IMG/VR virus record: IMGVR_UViG_3300031998_000011 | Location: 64,001-128,000 of that record | Source of the DNA: a virus | Lineage: Duplodnaviria; Caudoviricetes | Reading direction: 5' to 3' (one strand) | Length of the DNA stretch: 64,000 nt | Part shown: one piece after another, positions 19,189-28,004 of the stretch | How positions within the stretch are numbered: position 1 is the stretch's first letter | Layout: each line of letters begins with the position of its first letter | Program-made: the position numbers and the translations under genes | Notes under the pieces: model-generated | What the model was told of the DNA's origin: nothing | What the model saw: only the letters and a program-made list of their open reading frames with translations | Databases searched by the model: none

Positions 19189-19650
19189 ATGGGCGATAGA
19201 GCCGTAATCACAACAAACAAAGACCTGTCCGGTGTTGGCGTGTATCTGCACTGGGACGGGAACCGCAGTACTGTCGAGGCTTACCTGGCGTTCTGCGAAT
19301 GCAAGCGCTTCAGAAAGCCTGAAGACGATCCGTACGGATGGGCATATCTGGCCGCAGTCATCGCGAACGCTTTCGCAGACGGTAACTCTGTGGGCGTGGA
19401 CATGTGCAGCCGACTCGACTGCAATAACTACGACAACGGCGTTTACGTCATCAAGGACTGGCGCATCGTTGACCGCGTCTATGCACCATCGAGTGAGTAC
19501 TATGAACAGTACAGCCTGGTTGATATGGTTCGTGCTGTAGACGCAGAACAGCCGCCGCGCATGCGCCTGTCCACAGATGATTGGGCGCGGTTCCATGAAA
19601 TCGAGGACGCAATTATCAAGGCGCGTCCTGCAGAGAAAAAGTCAACTTGA
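19189..19650 (+). CDS. Conserved-type phage hypothetical protein
   Basis: MGDRAVIT...GVYLHWDG...DNGVY pattern typical of phage proteins; GGAGG RBS. Confidence 0.7.
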   Translation: MGDRAVITTNKDLSGVGVYLHWDGNRSTVEAYLAFCECKRFRKPEDDPYGWAYLAAVIANAFADGNSVGVDMCSRLDCNNYDNGVYVIKDWRIVDRVYAPSSEYYEQYSLVDMVRAVDAEQPPRMRLSTDDWARFHEIEDAIIKARPAEKKST

Positions 19651-19660
19651 AGTTCAAAAT
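19638..19660. repeat. Dispersed pseudo-palindrome, copy 2
   Basis: AAAGTCAACTTGAAGTTCAAAAT at a gene junction. Confidence 0.7.
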
Positions 19661-19661
19661 C

Positions 19662-20324
19662 ATGAACAGCAATTTCCCAAAAGACAACGACGACCTGATC
19701 CGTCGCGCAGCCAGGAATGTCAGGCAGAATAACGAGGAGCCTGAGCCTTCCTTCAAGGATGCAAGCGATGACCAGGTAGCCCGACAAAAAGCCGACTTCG
19801 AGAAGGACGAACCACCCGTCGAAGATGTACAGGTCGTGTGTGGATCTATCGACAAGGACGGCAAAGTACACGAAGTGCCGGCCGATGAGATTCCGGACAG
19901 CATTCGTGCGTTCATCGACGACCTGACCGACGGTGCGTTCTCCAAGCAAAATCCGCCAAAAGCCAAGCTGCCGAAGAGATCTACCAGGAAGAACCCTGAC
20001 ATGAACCCGGACGGCATGGAGATGCATAAATGTTCCGACGAAGAACTCGAAGAGATCGAGAAGACCGTGGAACGGCTGCAGGAGCTCTGTGTGAAGTACA
20101 AGCTGCCCGGTACCGCGATGGTGCAGGTGTGCAACACGTTCTGGGGTTTCGGAGCCAGAGGGTTCCGGTACAAGAACAAGCGCATCAACGGCAGACTGGA
20201 TCTGTTCATGAAGGTCGGCGACATTCTGTTCAGCGACACTGTTCCGCGCCCGGAAGACCTGAAGGACTTTGCCGAGGTCGTGGCGCGAATGCTTAAACAC
20301 ATGAAAGGAGGCAGTGATGCCTGA
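19662..20324 (+). CDS. Hypothetical protein, tandem paralog 1 (ELxxLC..xLP..VQ family)
   Basis: ERLQELCVKYKLPGTAMVQVCN; start uncertain (19647 or 19662). Confidence 0.65.
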   Translation: MNSNFPKDNDDLIRRAARNVRQNNEEPEPSFKDASDDQVARQKADFEKDEPPVEDVQVVCGSIDKDGKVHEVPADEIPDSIRAFIDDLTDGAFSKQNPPKAKLPKRSTRKNPDMNPDGMEMHKCSDEELEEIEKTVERLQELCVKYKLPGTAMVQVCNTFWGFGARGFRYKNKRINGRLDLFMKVGDILFSDTVPRPEDLKDFAEVVARMLKHMKGGSDA

Positions 20325-20706
20325 AATCGTAAACGGCGTAGAGGTGGACGACATCCAGCTCACCGATCTGCACTACACGATGCCCAAAGAGGTCATCGAG
20401 GAAATCAACAAGAAGGTGCATGAACTGTATGTGCTGTGCGAGCGTTTGCGGTTGCCGGCGCTCTGCGTGGTGCAGACGATCAATCACCCGGACACGTACG
20501 CCACGGTAGACATCATGAGCCATCCGGCCATCGGCCGTGGCGCGTATCCCATGACAATCTTGATGGGCGCCTATGTGGTGCTCACGGATAGCGACTACAC
20601 AACGGATGACCGGCTGGCGCTCCTGAAAGCCATCGCCGACATCCAGAGAAAACACAACAAGAAAGGAAACAACACCGATGGAAATGCAGACGTGGGAACT
20701 CACTGA
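20317..20706 (+). CDS. Tandem paralog 2
   Basis: HELYVLCERLRLPALCVVQTIN; AAGGAGG RBS. Confidence 0.7.
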   Translation: MPEIVNGVEVDDIQLTDLHYTMPKEVIEEINKKVHELYVLCERLRLPALCVVQTINHPDTYATVDIMSHPAIGRGAYPMTILMGAYVVLTDSDYTTDDRLALLKAIADIQRKHNKKGNNTDGNADVGTH

Positions 20707-21016
20707 CGAACAATACAATGAACTGCTGGCCAAGTCTGAAGAGCTGCACACCCTGTGCAAGAAGCTCCAGGTTCCTGCAGTCGTCGCCCTGCAGATCGCC
20801 AATGCACCCGACTCCTTCGGCATCGAGGGCTACTCCAGTTTCGACCTGCCGCGCATCTGCATCAACATGCTCGTGCTGGCGTCCATGTTCGACATCCTGA
20901 CTGGTCCGAAGGACATCGACAGCGAGGAGATGGGACAGCTCATGCAGTTGATCCACCAGATCCACCACAAGTACTACGGCAACGGTGAGAACGTGGAGGT
21001 GTCCAATGCCGAGTGA
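20678..21016 (+). CDS. Tandem paralog 3
   Basis: EELHTLCKKLQVPAVVALQIAN. Confidence 0.7.
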   Translation: MEMQTWELTDEQYNELLAKSEELHTLCKKLQVPAVVALQIANAPDSFGIEGYSSFDLPRICINMLVLASMFDILTGPKDIDSEEMGQLMQLIHQIHHKYYGNGENVEVSNAE

Positions 21017-21398
21017 AGCCTTCAAGTGCACTGATGGACAGCGCGAGCACATTCACGAGCTGCTCAAAGAGCTGTATAATGCTGCTGTTATCTATGATTT
21101 TCCATGCGCGTGCTTTGTACAGCTCAGCAACGACAGCGAAGGCCATTTCACTGGCAGCGGATTCTGCAACGGCAGCAAGGAGCGTATGAGCATTCTGATG
21201 CAGCTTTTCGCATGCTGTCATGCGCTGCTGTTCGGCTTCGACGGCGAAGGCACACATCTGACACGGGATGCTCTGCAGGAGTTCGCGTGCCAGGTCGGTG
21301 CCTGGATGGCCGTGTACTATCCCAGTGAAACAAAGGAGAACAAGGATGAATCAGATACAGGAGAAAGAACACCTGTTCAGCCGGAAACAGCTGGATAA
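21006..21398 (+). CDS. Tandem paralog 4
   Basis: KELYNAAVIYDFPCACFVQLSN; GGAGG RBS. Confidence 0.65.
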   Translation: MPSEAFKCTDGQREHIHELLKELYNAAVIYDFPCACFVQLSNDSEGHFTGSGFCNGSKERMSILMQLFACCHALLFGFDGEGTHLTRDALQEFACQVGAWMAVYYPSETKENKDESDTGERTPVQPETAG

Positions 21399-21756
21399 GC
21401 TGACCCGTGCGATTGAGGCCCAGGAGCAGCTCCATAAGAACATGATGGACTTGGTCAAGCACCATAAGAAGTATCCGCCAAAACGCACGGATGCAGGGCT
21501 TGTGATCCAGGACATCATATACGTGGACATCGTCGGTATCATCGGCGAGTTCATGACGCTGTTCCCAGACTTTGATCCGGACAAGTACGAATCCACAGAT
21601 GAGCACGGTGAGCGCATCAGAAAGCGCTGCAAGGACTGCGCTTATCTCAGAGACGAATGGATCTGCGACGACAACGGGATGTCAGTATATGACATACCTG
21701 ACGAAGCATGTTCCGCGAACGAAACCAGAACAATGACGGAGGACTCGGACGAATGA
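21346..21756 (+). CDS. Hypothetical protein with C-terminal Cys cluster
   Basis: AAGGAG RBS; CKDC...C...C. Confidence 0.6.
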   Translation: MNQIQEKEHLFSRKQLDKLTRAIEAQEQLHKNMMDLVKHHKKYPPKRTDAGLVIQDIIYVDIVGIIGEFMTLFPDFDPDKYESTDEHGERIRKRCKDCAYLRDEWICDDNGMSVYDIPDEACSANETRTMTEDSDE

Positions 21757-22391
21757 AACGAGCCAAGTACAAGAAGGGTGACAAGCTCTTCATCAGGGAC
21801 AAGCAGTGGGGCCGAGTGTTCCCTGTTGTTGTGATGAATGTCACTGAAGTCCTGGAGCAGGGCAGTGGTACCAAGCTCTACAGCATCAAGCTGCAGGACA
21901 CACCGGGTGTACGTGATGAACTGGCCTTTCATGGAGCTGCCAAGCCCTGTCTGTTCTATTTGGATCCGACCAAGCTGTACAATGAGCACGAGCTGTTCGA
22001 GGACAAGCAGATGGCCTACAAGTATCTGATCGGTGACTACGAAGCCGAGAAGATGGACTTGGAGGCACGTCTGAAGGAGCTACCGCAGATCATCCAGAAC
22101 GCCAGGGAGCGCATGAACGAAGCTGCCGAGCAGGCCGGATCCCAGTACAAGCTGGGATCCAAGGTCTGGGTCATCGCGGACAACAATGTCTACGAGGCAA
22201 CCATCGACGAGTTCGACAGAGGAGACTTCCAGAACAAGCCGTATCACTTCAAGGAGTCCTACTCCTGGCACAGCGGCTGGATCAGGCTGTGTGACATCTT
22301 CGACACAAAGCAGGCTGCAGTTGATGAGCTTCGTGCCAGATTCCGCAAAGAGTGCGAAGAGCGCTGCGCCAAGGTAGGTGCAGAATGCTGA
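21753..22391 (+). CDS. Protein with two SH3/KOW-like modules
   Basis: KYKKGDKLFI...ELFEDKQMA and YKLGSKVWVI...DIFDTKQAA. Confidence 0.7.
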   Translation: MKRAKYKKGDKLFIRDKQWGRVFPVVVMNVTEVLEQGSGTKLYSIKLQDTPGVRDELAFHGAAKPCLFYLDPTKLYNEHELFEDKQMAYKYLIGDYEAEKMDLEARLKELPQIIQNARERMNEAAEQAGSQYKLGSKVWVIADNNVYEATIDEFDRGDFQNKPYHFKESYSWHSGWIRLCDIFDTKQAAVDELRARFRKECEERCAKVGAEC

Positions 22392-22747
22392 CAAGACCTA
22401 AACCAGGTACGATTGTCTGGTGCGCTGAATGCGGTGTCGTAAAGCGGCTCGAAGTGGTTTCTGAACGTTCTGCGAAGGGACGCAACAAGCAGTTCCACGA
22501 CGAGGTGTGCGTTCGTTATCCGAATGATGACGTCGTGCTGCCTTGGTACTGCTGGCTGGGTTTTCTGTCTGAGAATGAGATAGATGCCGTGAAGCTCGCT
22601 ATTGAGCAGCTTATGCACATGATCGCCTCCAATGACCAGGAAATCAAAGATCTGCGCAAAGACAATAAAGAGCTGAGACGACAGATCGCGCAGTTTGAGC
22701 TGATTTACGACTTAAAGGAGACCAGCAATGGACTGGCGAAAACTTAA
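22385..22747 (+). CDS. SH3/KOW-like plus coiled-coil protein
   Basis: KPGTIVW...FLSENEIDA. Confidence 0.6.
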   Translation: MLTRPKPGTIVWCAECGVVKRLEVVSERSAKGRNKQFHDEVCVRYPNDDVVLPWYCWLGFLSENEIDAVKLAIEQLMHMIASNDQEIKDLRKDNKELRRQIAQFELIYDLKETSNGLAKT

Positions 22748-23075
22748 AGTCGGTCAGGTTATCTGGTATGTCAACAAGTCTGGCCCTGACAGACTTTCAG
22801 GTCCATGTCTGGAACTCTGGAAGGGCACTGTCATCAGTATTGATCCCAAGTGTGTTCACCCGGTTTGCTGCGAGTGGAACCGCGTTGGCGGGCACGCCAA
22901 CTGGGTAAGACCTGAGTACGGCTGGCACACAGGGATCTTTCTTCCCGGTATCATCAAGGAGGAGATAACCGAGAACCCGAACGTATTTTCAACGGCCGAG
23001 GAAGCCATCGAGGCTTATCTGGCTGGTCCCAGGGAGAAACTAATGGCGCAGGCCGCCAAACTGAAAGGAGCCTGA
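22728..23075 (+). CDS. SH3/KOW-like protein
   Basis: LKVGQVIWYV...VFSTAEEAI. Confidence 0.65.
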   Translation: MDWRKLKVGQVIWYVNKSGPDRLSGPCLELWKGTVISIDPKCVHPVCCEWNRVGGHANWVRPEYGWHTGIFLPGIIKEEITENPNVFSTAEEAIEAYLAGPREKLMAQAAKLKGA

Positions 23076-23077
23076 CA

Positions 23078-23260
23078 ATGGCACTCAATACCAAATGCCC
23101 AAACTGTGGGAGCACCAGTATCTATGTCGTAGATGGTCCGTACTTCAACGACCAGGATGAGTGCTTCTGCACCAGGTCTTGCGACAGCTGTGGTGATACC
23201 TGGAAGGAATACTACAGTGTGAAACTGAAAACAGTCGAGAAGGAGATCCAGAATGGATAA
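23078..23260 (+). CDS. Small zinc-ribbon protein
   Basis: CPNC...CDSCGDTWKEYY. Confidence 0.75.
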   Translation: MALNTKCPNCGSTSIYVVDGPYFNDQDECFCTRSCDSCGDTWKEYYSVKLKTVEKEIQNG

Positions 23261-23432
23261 ACCCCAATTCTTGTCATGTCCCCATTGCGGTGGACTCGTG
23301 ATCAACTACAAGAAGGTCCAGCCCATAACGGACCAGCAAGTTACGATTACACAGGAATGTGAATCGTGCGGCCATGAATGGAACGACACCTTCTGGGTGG
23401 AGCGCAGCACAAACCTGGAGGCCGACAAATGA
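23253..23432 (+). CDS. Small zinc-ribbon protein (59 aa, not in ORF track)
   Basis: MDKPQFLSCPHC...CESCGHEWNDTF; AAGGAG RBS. Confidence 0.7.
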   Translation: MDKPQFLSCPHCGGLVINYKKVQPITDQQVTITQECESCGHEWNDTFWVERSTNLEADK

Positions 23433-23833
23433 CCGTTGTAGATCTTGGCAATGTTCTGTCGTTCATCGCGCTTGCCTATGCTTTCAGCGCTTTCATCCAG
23501 GCTATGAGGAAGGCAGATATGTCTGAGGATTTTCAGACTATTCATGATATGCTGCTGCAGCTGGATGACGACGTGCCAGGTTTGGAAGACGTCATAAAGG
23601 TCGCCGAGACCAATGCCGACAAATGGCATGATTCGGACCGCTGGTCTATGCACGGTCTCATCGCGATCTTTGTCATGGTGTTCGTGTTCGGTTGCTCCCG
23701 CATTCTGCAGGATCATATCGACAAGGCACACTACGAGGGTTTCCACGAGGGCAAAGATGCTGCCTACGAGGAAATGCTCATGGAGCCGCCGGCCAGACCA
23801 AGAAAGGAAATTCAAAATGGGAATCCAACCTGA
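23429..23833 (+). CDS. Two-TM membrane protein (paralog of 14656-15117)
   Basis: GGAGG RBS; two TM segments. Confidence 0.6.
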   Translation: MTVVDLGNVLSFIALAYAFSAFIQAMRKADMSEDFQTIHDMLLQLDDDVPGLEDVIKVAETNADKWHDSDRWSMHGLIAIFVMVFVFGCSRILQDHIDKAHYEGFHEGKDAAYEEMLMEPPARPRKEIQNGNPT

Positions 23834-24032
23834 TATGGTGGAACTCCGCGAGGACAGCATTTTCGTGCACCGAAACAGAATGCGCATGCGCTGCTGGCGA
23901 CATCCGGAAGAGAACTGCTCCATCCTATGCCCTATGCTGGGATGGGACGGGGACCATGTCTGGTTCTTTTGCAGAGAACACGGTGATGCCGTCATGGTAA
24001 ACAGGAAACCTAACGAGGAGTCTGCCCAATGA
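23817..24032 (+). CDS. Small Cys-containing hypothetical protein
   Basis: AAGGA RBS, coupled. Confidence 0.5.
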   Translation: MGIQPDMVELREDSIFVHRNRMRMRCWRHPEENCSILCPMLGWDGDHVWFFCREHGDAVMVNRKPNEESAQ

Positions 24033-24247
24033 GCTACAACACCAGATGCCCAAGCTGCAACGCTCTATGCATCGCCATCGAGGACCACCAGTTCTTCCCG
24101 CGTGCCGGTGGTGTCGTGCTGTGGCGCAGCTGCAACGAGTGCGGTTACAAATGGCGCGAGGGCTACACACTCACGCTCACGCATAAAGCGCTGCCGTGGA
24201 CAAAGCCGCCGCACCTGGATGACGACGGAGAGGAGTTGGACGAATGA
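24029..24247 (+). CDS. Small zinc-ribbon protein
   Basis: CPSC...CNECGYKWREGY. Confidence 0.75.
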   Translation: MSYNTRCPSCNALCIAIEDHQFFPRAGGVVLWRSCNECGYKWREGYTLTLTHKALPWTKPPHLDDDGEELDE

Positions 24248-24456
24248 CCAAGCTCTATCCGTCACGTTACAGGAGCAGCCCTGAGATGCGCCGTGCATTC
24301 AGGGAGGCTATCGAGGACGACGATGACAATGAGGTGCGCCAGCTGATTGCCGAGTTCGGTGATAGCTTCATCTCGGATGATCATCCGTGTCTGCGAGAGG
24401 AACGCGCCGTCTACGACCGGAACAGAAACTGGGACAGGCACAGGCGGCTGCCGTAG
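24244..24456 (+). CDS. Hypothetical protein
   Basis: 70-aa coupled ORF. Confidence 0.55.
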   Translation: MTKLYPSRYRSSPEMRRAFREAIEDDDDNEVRQLIAEFGDSFISDDHPCLREERAVYDRNRNWDRHRRLP

Positions 24457-24476
24457 CACAAGAAAGGAGCTTGACA

Positions 24477-24695
24477 ATGGCTGATGCCATCAAGAACAAG
24501 ATTAACAGGTCCTATGCTAAGGCCTTCAAGACGAATATAGAGAAAAGAAATCCTCTGATCGGCTTGAGGGTACACAGAGCAGCACAGAAGCTCGCCAGCA
24601 TGTCACACCGGGATACATGCAGAGATGGTAAACCGAAACATGTGGCCGGTACCGGCGGCTTCGGCGTCACCAGGCATAGCAAGAAAGGAGCCTGA
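24477..24695 (+). CDS. Small basic hypothetical protein
   Basis: AGAAAGGAG RBS. Confidence 0.6.
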   Translation: MADAIKNKINRSYAKAFKTNIEKRNPLIGLRVHRAAQKLASMSHRDTCRDGKPKHVAGTGGFGVTRHSKKGA

Positions 24696-24696
24696 C

Positions 24697-24927
24697 ATGC
24701 AGTCACAGAAAGGAACAACGAAACCTGGACTGAACAGAAAATGCCCGAAGTGCGGCCGTTCCCGTATTGAACTTGTTGATCACAATTTCACAGGCGATTG
24801 GAACGGTGTCATTTTCTGGCGTGTATGCGAATGGTGCGGTCATAAATGGAAGGAGCATTATGACTTTCACCTGAAAACGGCTGATATGCCATGGAAGAAA
24901 CCGCCGAATACTAAGGAGTGGATCTGA
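24697..24927 (+). CDS. Small zinc-ribbon protein
   Basis: CPKC...CEWCGHKWKEHY. Confidence 0.75.
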   Translation: MQSQKGTTKPGLNRKCPKCGRSRIELVDHNFTGDWNGVIFWRVCEWCGHKWKEHYDFHLKTADMPWKKPPNTKEWI

Positions 24928-24928
24928 C

Positions 24929-25108
24929 ATGCAGTTACAGCATACATGTCCTGAGTGCGGGGAACACGATAATATCAATGTACACATCACGGTGTTCTTG
25001 TGGAGTAACGGTGAACCACAGCGCCTGATATTCACATTCACGTGTTTCGCCTGCAGGCATCAGTGGACAACGGAAACAGACGACTTCGACACAGACGAGG
25101 ATCCCTGA
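24929..25108 (+). CDS. Small zinc-ribbon protein (59 aa, not in ORF track)
   Basis: MQLQHTCPEC...CFACRHQWTTE. Confidence 0.7.
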   Translation: MQLQHTCPECGEHDNINVHITVFLWSNGEPQRLIFTFTCFACRHQWTTETDDFDTDEDP

Positions 25109-25110
25109 CA

Positions 25111-25320
25111 ATGGCAACAGACGGATGTCCTAAATGTCATGGATTGCGGGTATGGGCGCGAACTGTCTGGCACATGATACCCAGGTTCTCCAGAATACCG
25201 GCAGGTACCGTGTACATCGACTACAAGTGTGCCAGCTGCGGTCATACGTGGCAGGAATCCTATGAGCTGCAGGATCCGGTGGCGACCACTGATCCGCAGC
25301 GGGAGTTCTGTCATGAGTGA
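25111..25320 (+). CDS. Small zinc-ribbon protein
   Basis: CPKC...CASCGHTWQESY. Confidence 0.75.
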   Translation: MATDGCPKCHGLRVWARTVWHMIPRFSRIPAGTVYIDYKCASCGHTWQESYELQDPVATTDPQREFCHE

Positions 25321-25434
25321 CCGCTGTAATAAGTGCCGTTTCTACAGCAAGCTGAAGTTCTGCAACAAGCACAAGCGCGAGGCGCACTCACGGGATCATG
25401 TATGCCGTGAGTTCAAACCAAGGGAGCCTGACAA

Positions 25435-25635
25435 ATGATTAAACCACAAGTCTGCTCCCGTTGCGGAAGCGAGAACATCTGGCGAGTCTTCAGCCATAAG
25501 GAAGGAGACGACGAATACGCCATGATGGTGACTTGCAAGAGCTGCGGCTACGACTGGCTGGAGCATTACGAAACCAGGCTGGTCCGTATCGAGCTGGTGC
25601 ATTTCAACAGAAAGGAACCCGACAATGGGACTTGA
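25435..25635 (+). CDS. Small zinc-ribbon protein
   Basis: CSRC...EGDDE...CKSCGYDWLEHY. Confidence 0.75.
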   Translation: MIKPQVCSRCGSENIWRVFSHKEGDDEYAMMVTCKSCGYDWLEHYETRLVRIELVHFNRKEPDNGT

Positions 25636-26191
25636 TATCGGGGTGTTTCCCTTTGTGGAGATACCGGAAAACATTCATACAGAGGACGAACTCAATGACT
25701 GGTGTGAGAAGACAGAAAACGAATGGTGCGAACCGCGTGCATCTGAAGCTGTCCCTGAGAAGTGGATCAGAAAGATCAGGTTCAAAGTTCTGGACAAGTA
25801 CGAGATGTTCAGGCGTCGCGGCTTGGATCACACGAAGTACGCACTGTACGAGTTCACTAAGCAGCACGTAATCTACGAGCCGGTGGATTCCGATTCAGAC
25901 GATGACTATGTGCAGTTCCCGCCGAATGAGTTCGTTTATGCCTATGAGCTGATACCAGTCTACGCCTACGGCAAAGAGATTGGTTATCAGCGCAAAGGCG
26001 CGAATGCCGCTTTCTACGATGATGGCTTATGGGGGACCAACGTGTTCACCAAGGATGTTCTTCTGGAGCACTGGGACAAGTATTTCTCGGATCCCAAAAA
26101 TGAGAGATACAAGAAACATACCAGATCCGTGTTCGGCAATAACATCATCAAGCACTTCAAGGAAGGCGAGACATTCGTGTCCTATTACTGA
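25625..26191 (+). CDS. Phage hypothetical protein (MGLD...Y-x-RK type)
   Basis: MGLDI start and EIGYQRK motif. Confidence 0.7.
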   Translation: MGLDIGVFPFVEIPENIHTEDELNDWCEKTENEWCEPRASEAVPEKWIRKIRFKVLDKYEMFRRRGLDHTKYALYEFTKQHVIYEPVDSDSDDDYVQFPPNEFVYAYELIPVYAYGKEIGYQRKGANAAFYDDGLWGTNVFTKDVLLEHWDKYFSDPKNERYKKHTRSVFGNNIIKHFKEGETFVSYY

Positions 26192-26215
26192 CACACAGCC
26201 AAAGGAGAACCCGAA

Positions 26216-26620
26216 ATGAAGAAACCAAGCACATGCCCGAAGTGCGGTAGCTCTAACATCTGGCGGTCGTTCGTGAGAACCGGCGACGACGATACAGTCA
26301 ATGTTTACAGTGTGCTCTGCAAGAACTGCTATCACACCTGGCTGGAGCACTATAAAACGGAGCTCGAAAAGATCGAGGAACCAGAAGTCAATCCCGATGA
26401 GAAGATCGGCGTGTATCTGGCCATGTCCCGAAAGGCAGCGAGGATCCTGTTCAGGAATATCGGATATCTGGCAGCTATTCAGCATGACAAGTGTGATCCG
26501 GCAACCTGTGACAAGTGCTTTGGATGCTTGTTTTATGCAAAGGACGGCAACAAGAAGATCTGTCTGCGCATACCTACGCTCCAGGCAGCCAATCTGCTTA
26601 GCATGGAGATTGACCGATGA
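26216..26620 (+). CDS. Zinc-ribbon protein with C-terminal Cys domain
   Basis: CPKC...RTGDDD...CKNCYHTWLEHY. Confidence 0.75.
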   Translation: MKKPSTCPKCGSSNIWRSFVRTGDDDTVNVYSVLCKNCYHTWLEHYKTELEKIEEPEVNPDEKIGVYLAMSRKAARILFRNIGYLAAIQHDKCDPATCDKCFGCLFYAKDGNKKICLRIPTLQAANLLSMEIDR

Positions 26621-27069
26621 CAACGCGGAAGATCTATGCCTTGTGCAAGAAGCTCGGACTCAGTACGACTTATCTCGAAGAGATTGGCCATGGTTTCTGG
26701 GACGAGAAAGAAGCAGAGCCACACGAGCTTGAAAATCGAATTATCACAACGCTCCGTGACAGACAGCTTTGCTGGTACGAGGAAGAACTCACCAGACTCG
26801 TCAAGAAAGACAATCTGCACCTGTGTACAGATCTGTTCATAGGTGAGGGGCTGCTTGTCTGTGATGGTGGTACGAAAGATAATCCCTGGGAAGGCGTTAC
26901 CCGCTATACCAGGATCAATCCGATTGGTGAGCTATGGAAGCTCTATCAGCAGGACATCGACAACGGTCCCAAAATGCCGGATCTGGTCGCTTTTAAGCGG
27001 CACTGCAAGAAACTTGCACGGAATCACTGGAAAGGTCCGGATCAGGCTCAATGGACTGCTGTTGCATAG
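26617..27069 (+). CDS. Hypothetical protein
   Basis: 150-aa coupled ORF. Confidence 0.65.
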   Translation: MTTRKIYALCKKLGLSTTYLEEIGHGFWDEKEAEPHELENRIITTLRDRQLCWYEEELTRLVKKDNLHLCTDLFIGEGLLVCDGGTKDNPWEGVTRYTRINPIGELWKLYQQDIDNGPKMPDLVAFKRHCKKLARNHWKGPDQAQWTAVA

Positions 27070-27084
27070 GTAGGAGACTGACAA

Positions 27085-27324
27085 ATGAACAAACAGCAAA
27101 CCAAGTACTGGATTGCCACGCACTCTATCGAGCGCTGTCTCCTGTGCCCTACCAGGATTGAGCCGATACTGAAGCGCTGCACAGTTGTCAAGAAGAACCG
27201 GCATAATCTGATGGAGGTTCTGAACGATAACGACTGCACGAGTTTCGTCCCGCCGGACAAACTATTCGACACACCGGAGGAAGCCTGGGCGGACTACAGG
27301 AACGCCATGGAGGCTGCCAGATGA
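27085..27324 (+). CDS. SH3-like family small protein
   Basis: KLFDTPEEAW motif. Confidence 0.6.
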   Translation: MNKQQTKYWIATHSIERCLLCPTRIEPILKRCTVVKKNRHNLMEVLNDNDCTSFVPPDKLFDTPEEAWADYRNAMEAAR

Positions 27325-27410
27325 TGTCCCTGTACCCAGTCGCCGAGCCGGCTGACGCACAGCCATCAGAGAACCCATCTAACCAAAACAACCAACCATA
27401 GGAGTAACAC

Positions 27411-27659
27411 ATGAGCATCACGCTGTATGGTCTCGTATTCGAGCAAACTCACGACGCCTGCCCTGAGAGCTACGTGGTCTACGACAACGGCAAGCAGATC
27501 GCCACTGTCGAGTTCCACTGGGGCAAGCTGACCTGCCGCAAAGACGGCAAGTCCGTCTACGAGCGCACTGCGGAGTACGACTGGATGTCCAGATTCCGCA
27601 ACGACAAGGAGCGCACGGAATGGCTCGAAGACGCAGCCCGCCACATCAAGGCGGCATGA
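27411..27659 (+). CDS. Phage hypothetical protein
   Basis: ACPESYVV...FHWGKL; AGGAG RBS. Confidence 0.7.
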   Translation: MSITLYGLVFEQTHDACPESYVVYDNGKQIATVEFHWGKLTCRKDGKSVYERTAEYDWMSRFRNDKERTEWLEDAARHIKAA

Positions 27660-27713
27660 CCACGACAGCGCGGGTCACGCTACAGACCAGACCCTGACGT
27701 CACAATGATCTGA

Positions 27714-27749
27714 AAGGCCGGAGCCCTAAAAAGCCCCGGTCTTCTTTTT
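27714..27749 (+). terminator. Intrinsic terminator
   Basis: AAGGCCGGAGC...GCCCCGGTCTT followed by T run. Confidence 0.6.
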
Positions 27750-27775
27750 ACAGTTGACTCGGCTATTGTAACGCA

Positions 27776-27953
27776 GGACTGTCCGAGGGTCTTTTTCCCG
27801 TACGGGGTTGTCTCCATGTTGTTCCCCGTGCGGCCGTTTTTCACCCGTGGGGCGGACAGTCCAGACCCAACAAACGCCTGGCCCTGCAACAGCTCAGCAC
27901 GGCGTTTTGGCGGAGCCGGTCTTTTACTCCTTTCTGGCCGGCTCCGTCTTTTT
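27776..27953 (+). ncRNA. Candidate structured ncRNA with anti-SD loops
   Basis: Stems 27776-85/27853-62, 27798-807/27824-33, 27872-78/27901-07, 27909-21/27936-48 plus T5; preceded by TATTGTAAC. Confidence 0.45.
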
Positions 27954-27971
27954 GAACTTCAAGTTGAAAAT
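27949..27971. repeat. Dispersed pseudo-palindrome, copy 3
   Basis: TTTTTGAACTTCAAGTTGAAAAT. Confidence 0.75.
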
Positions 27972-28004
27972 TGTACGAGCCCTCTTTATCAAGGAGTCAC
28001 GACG

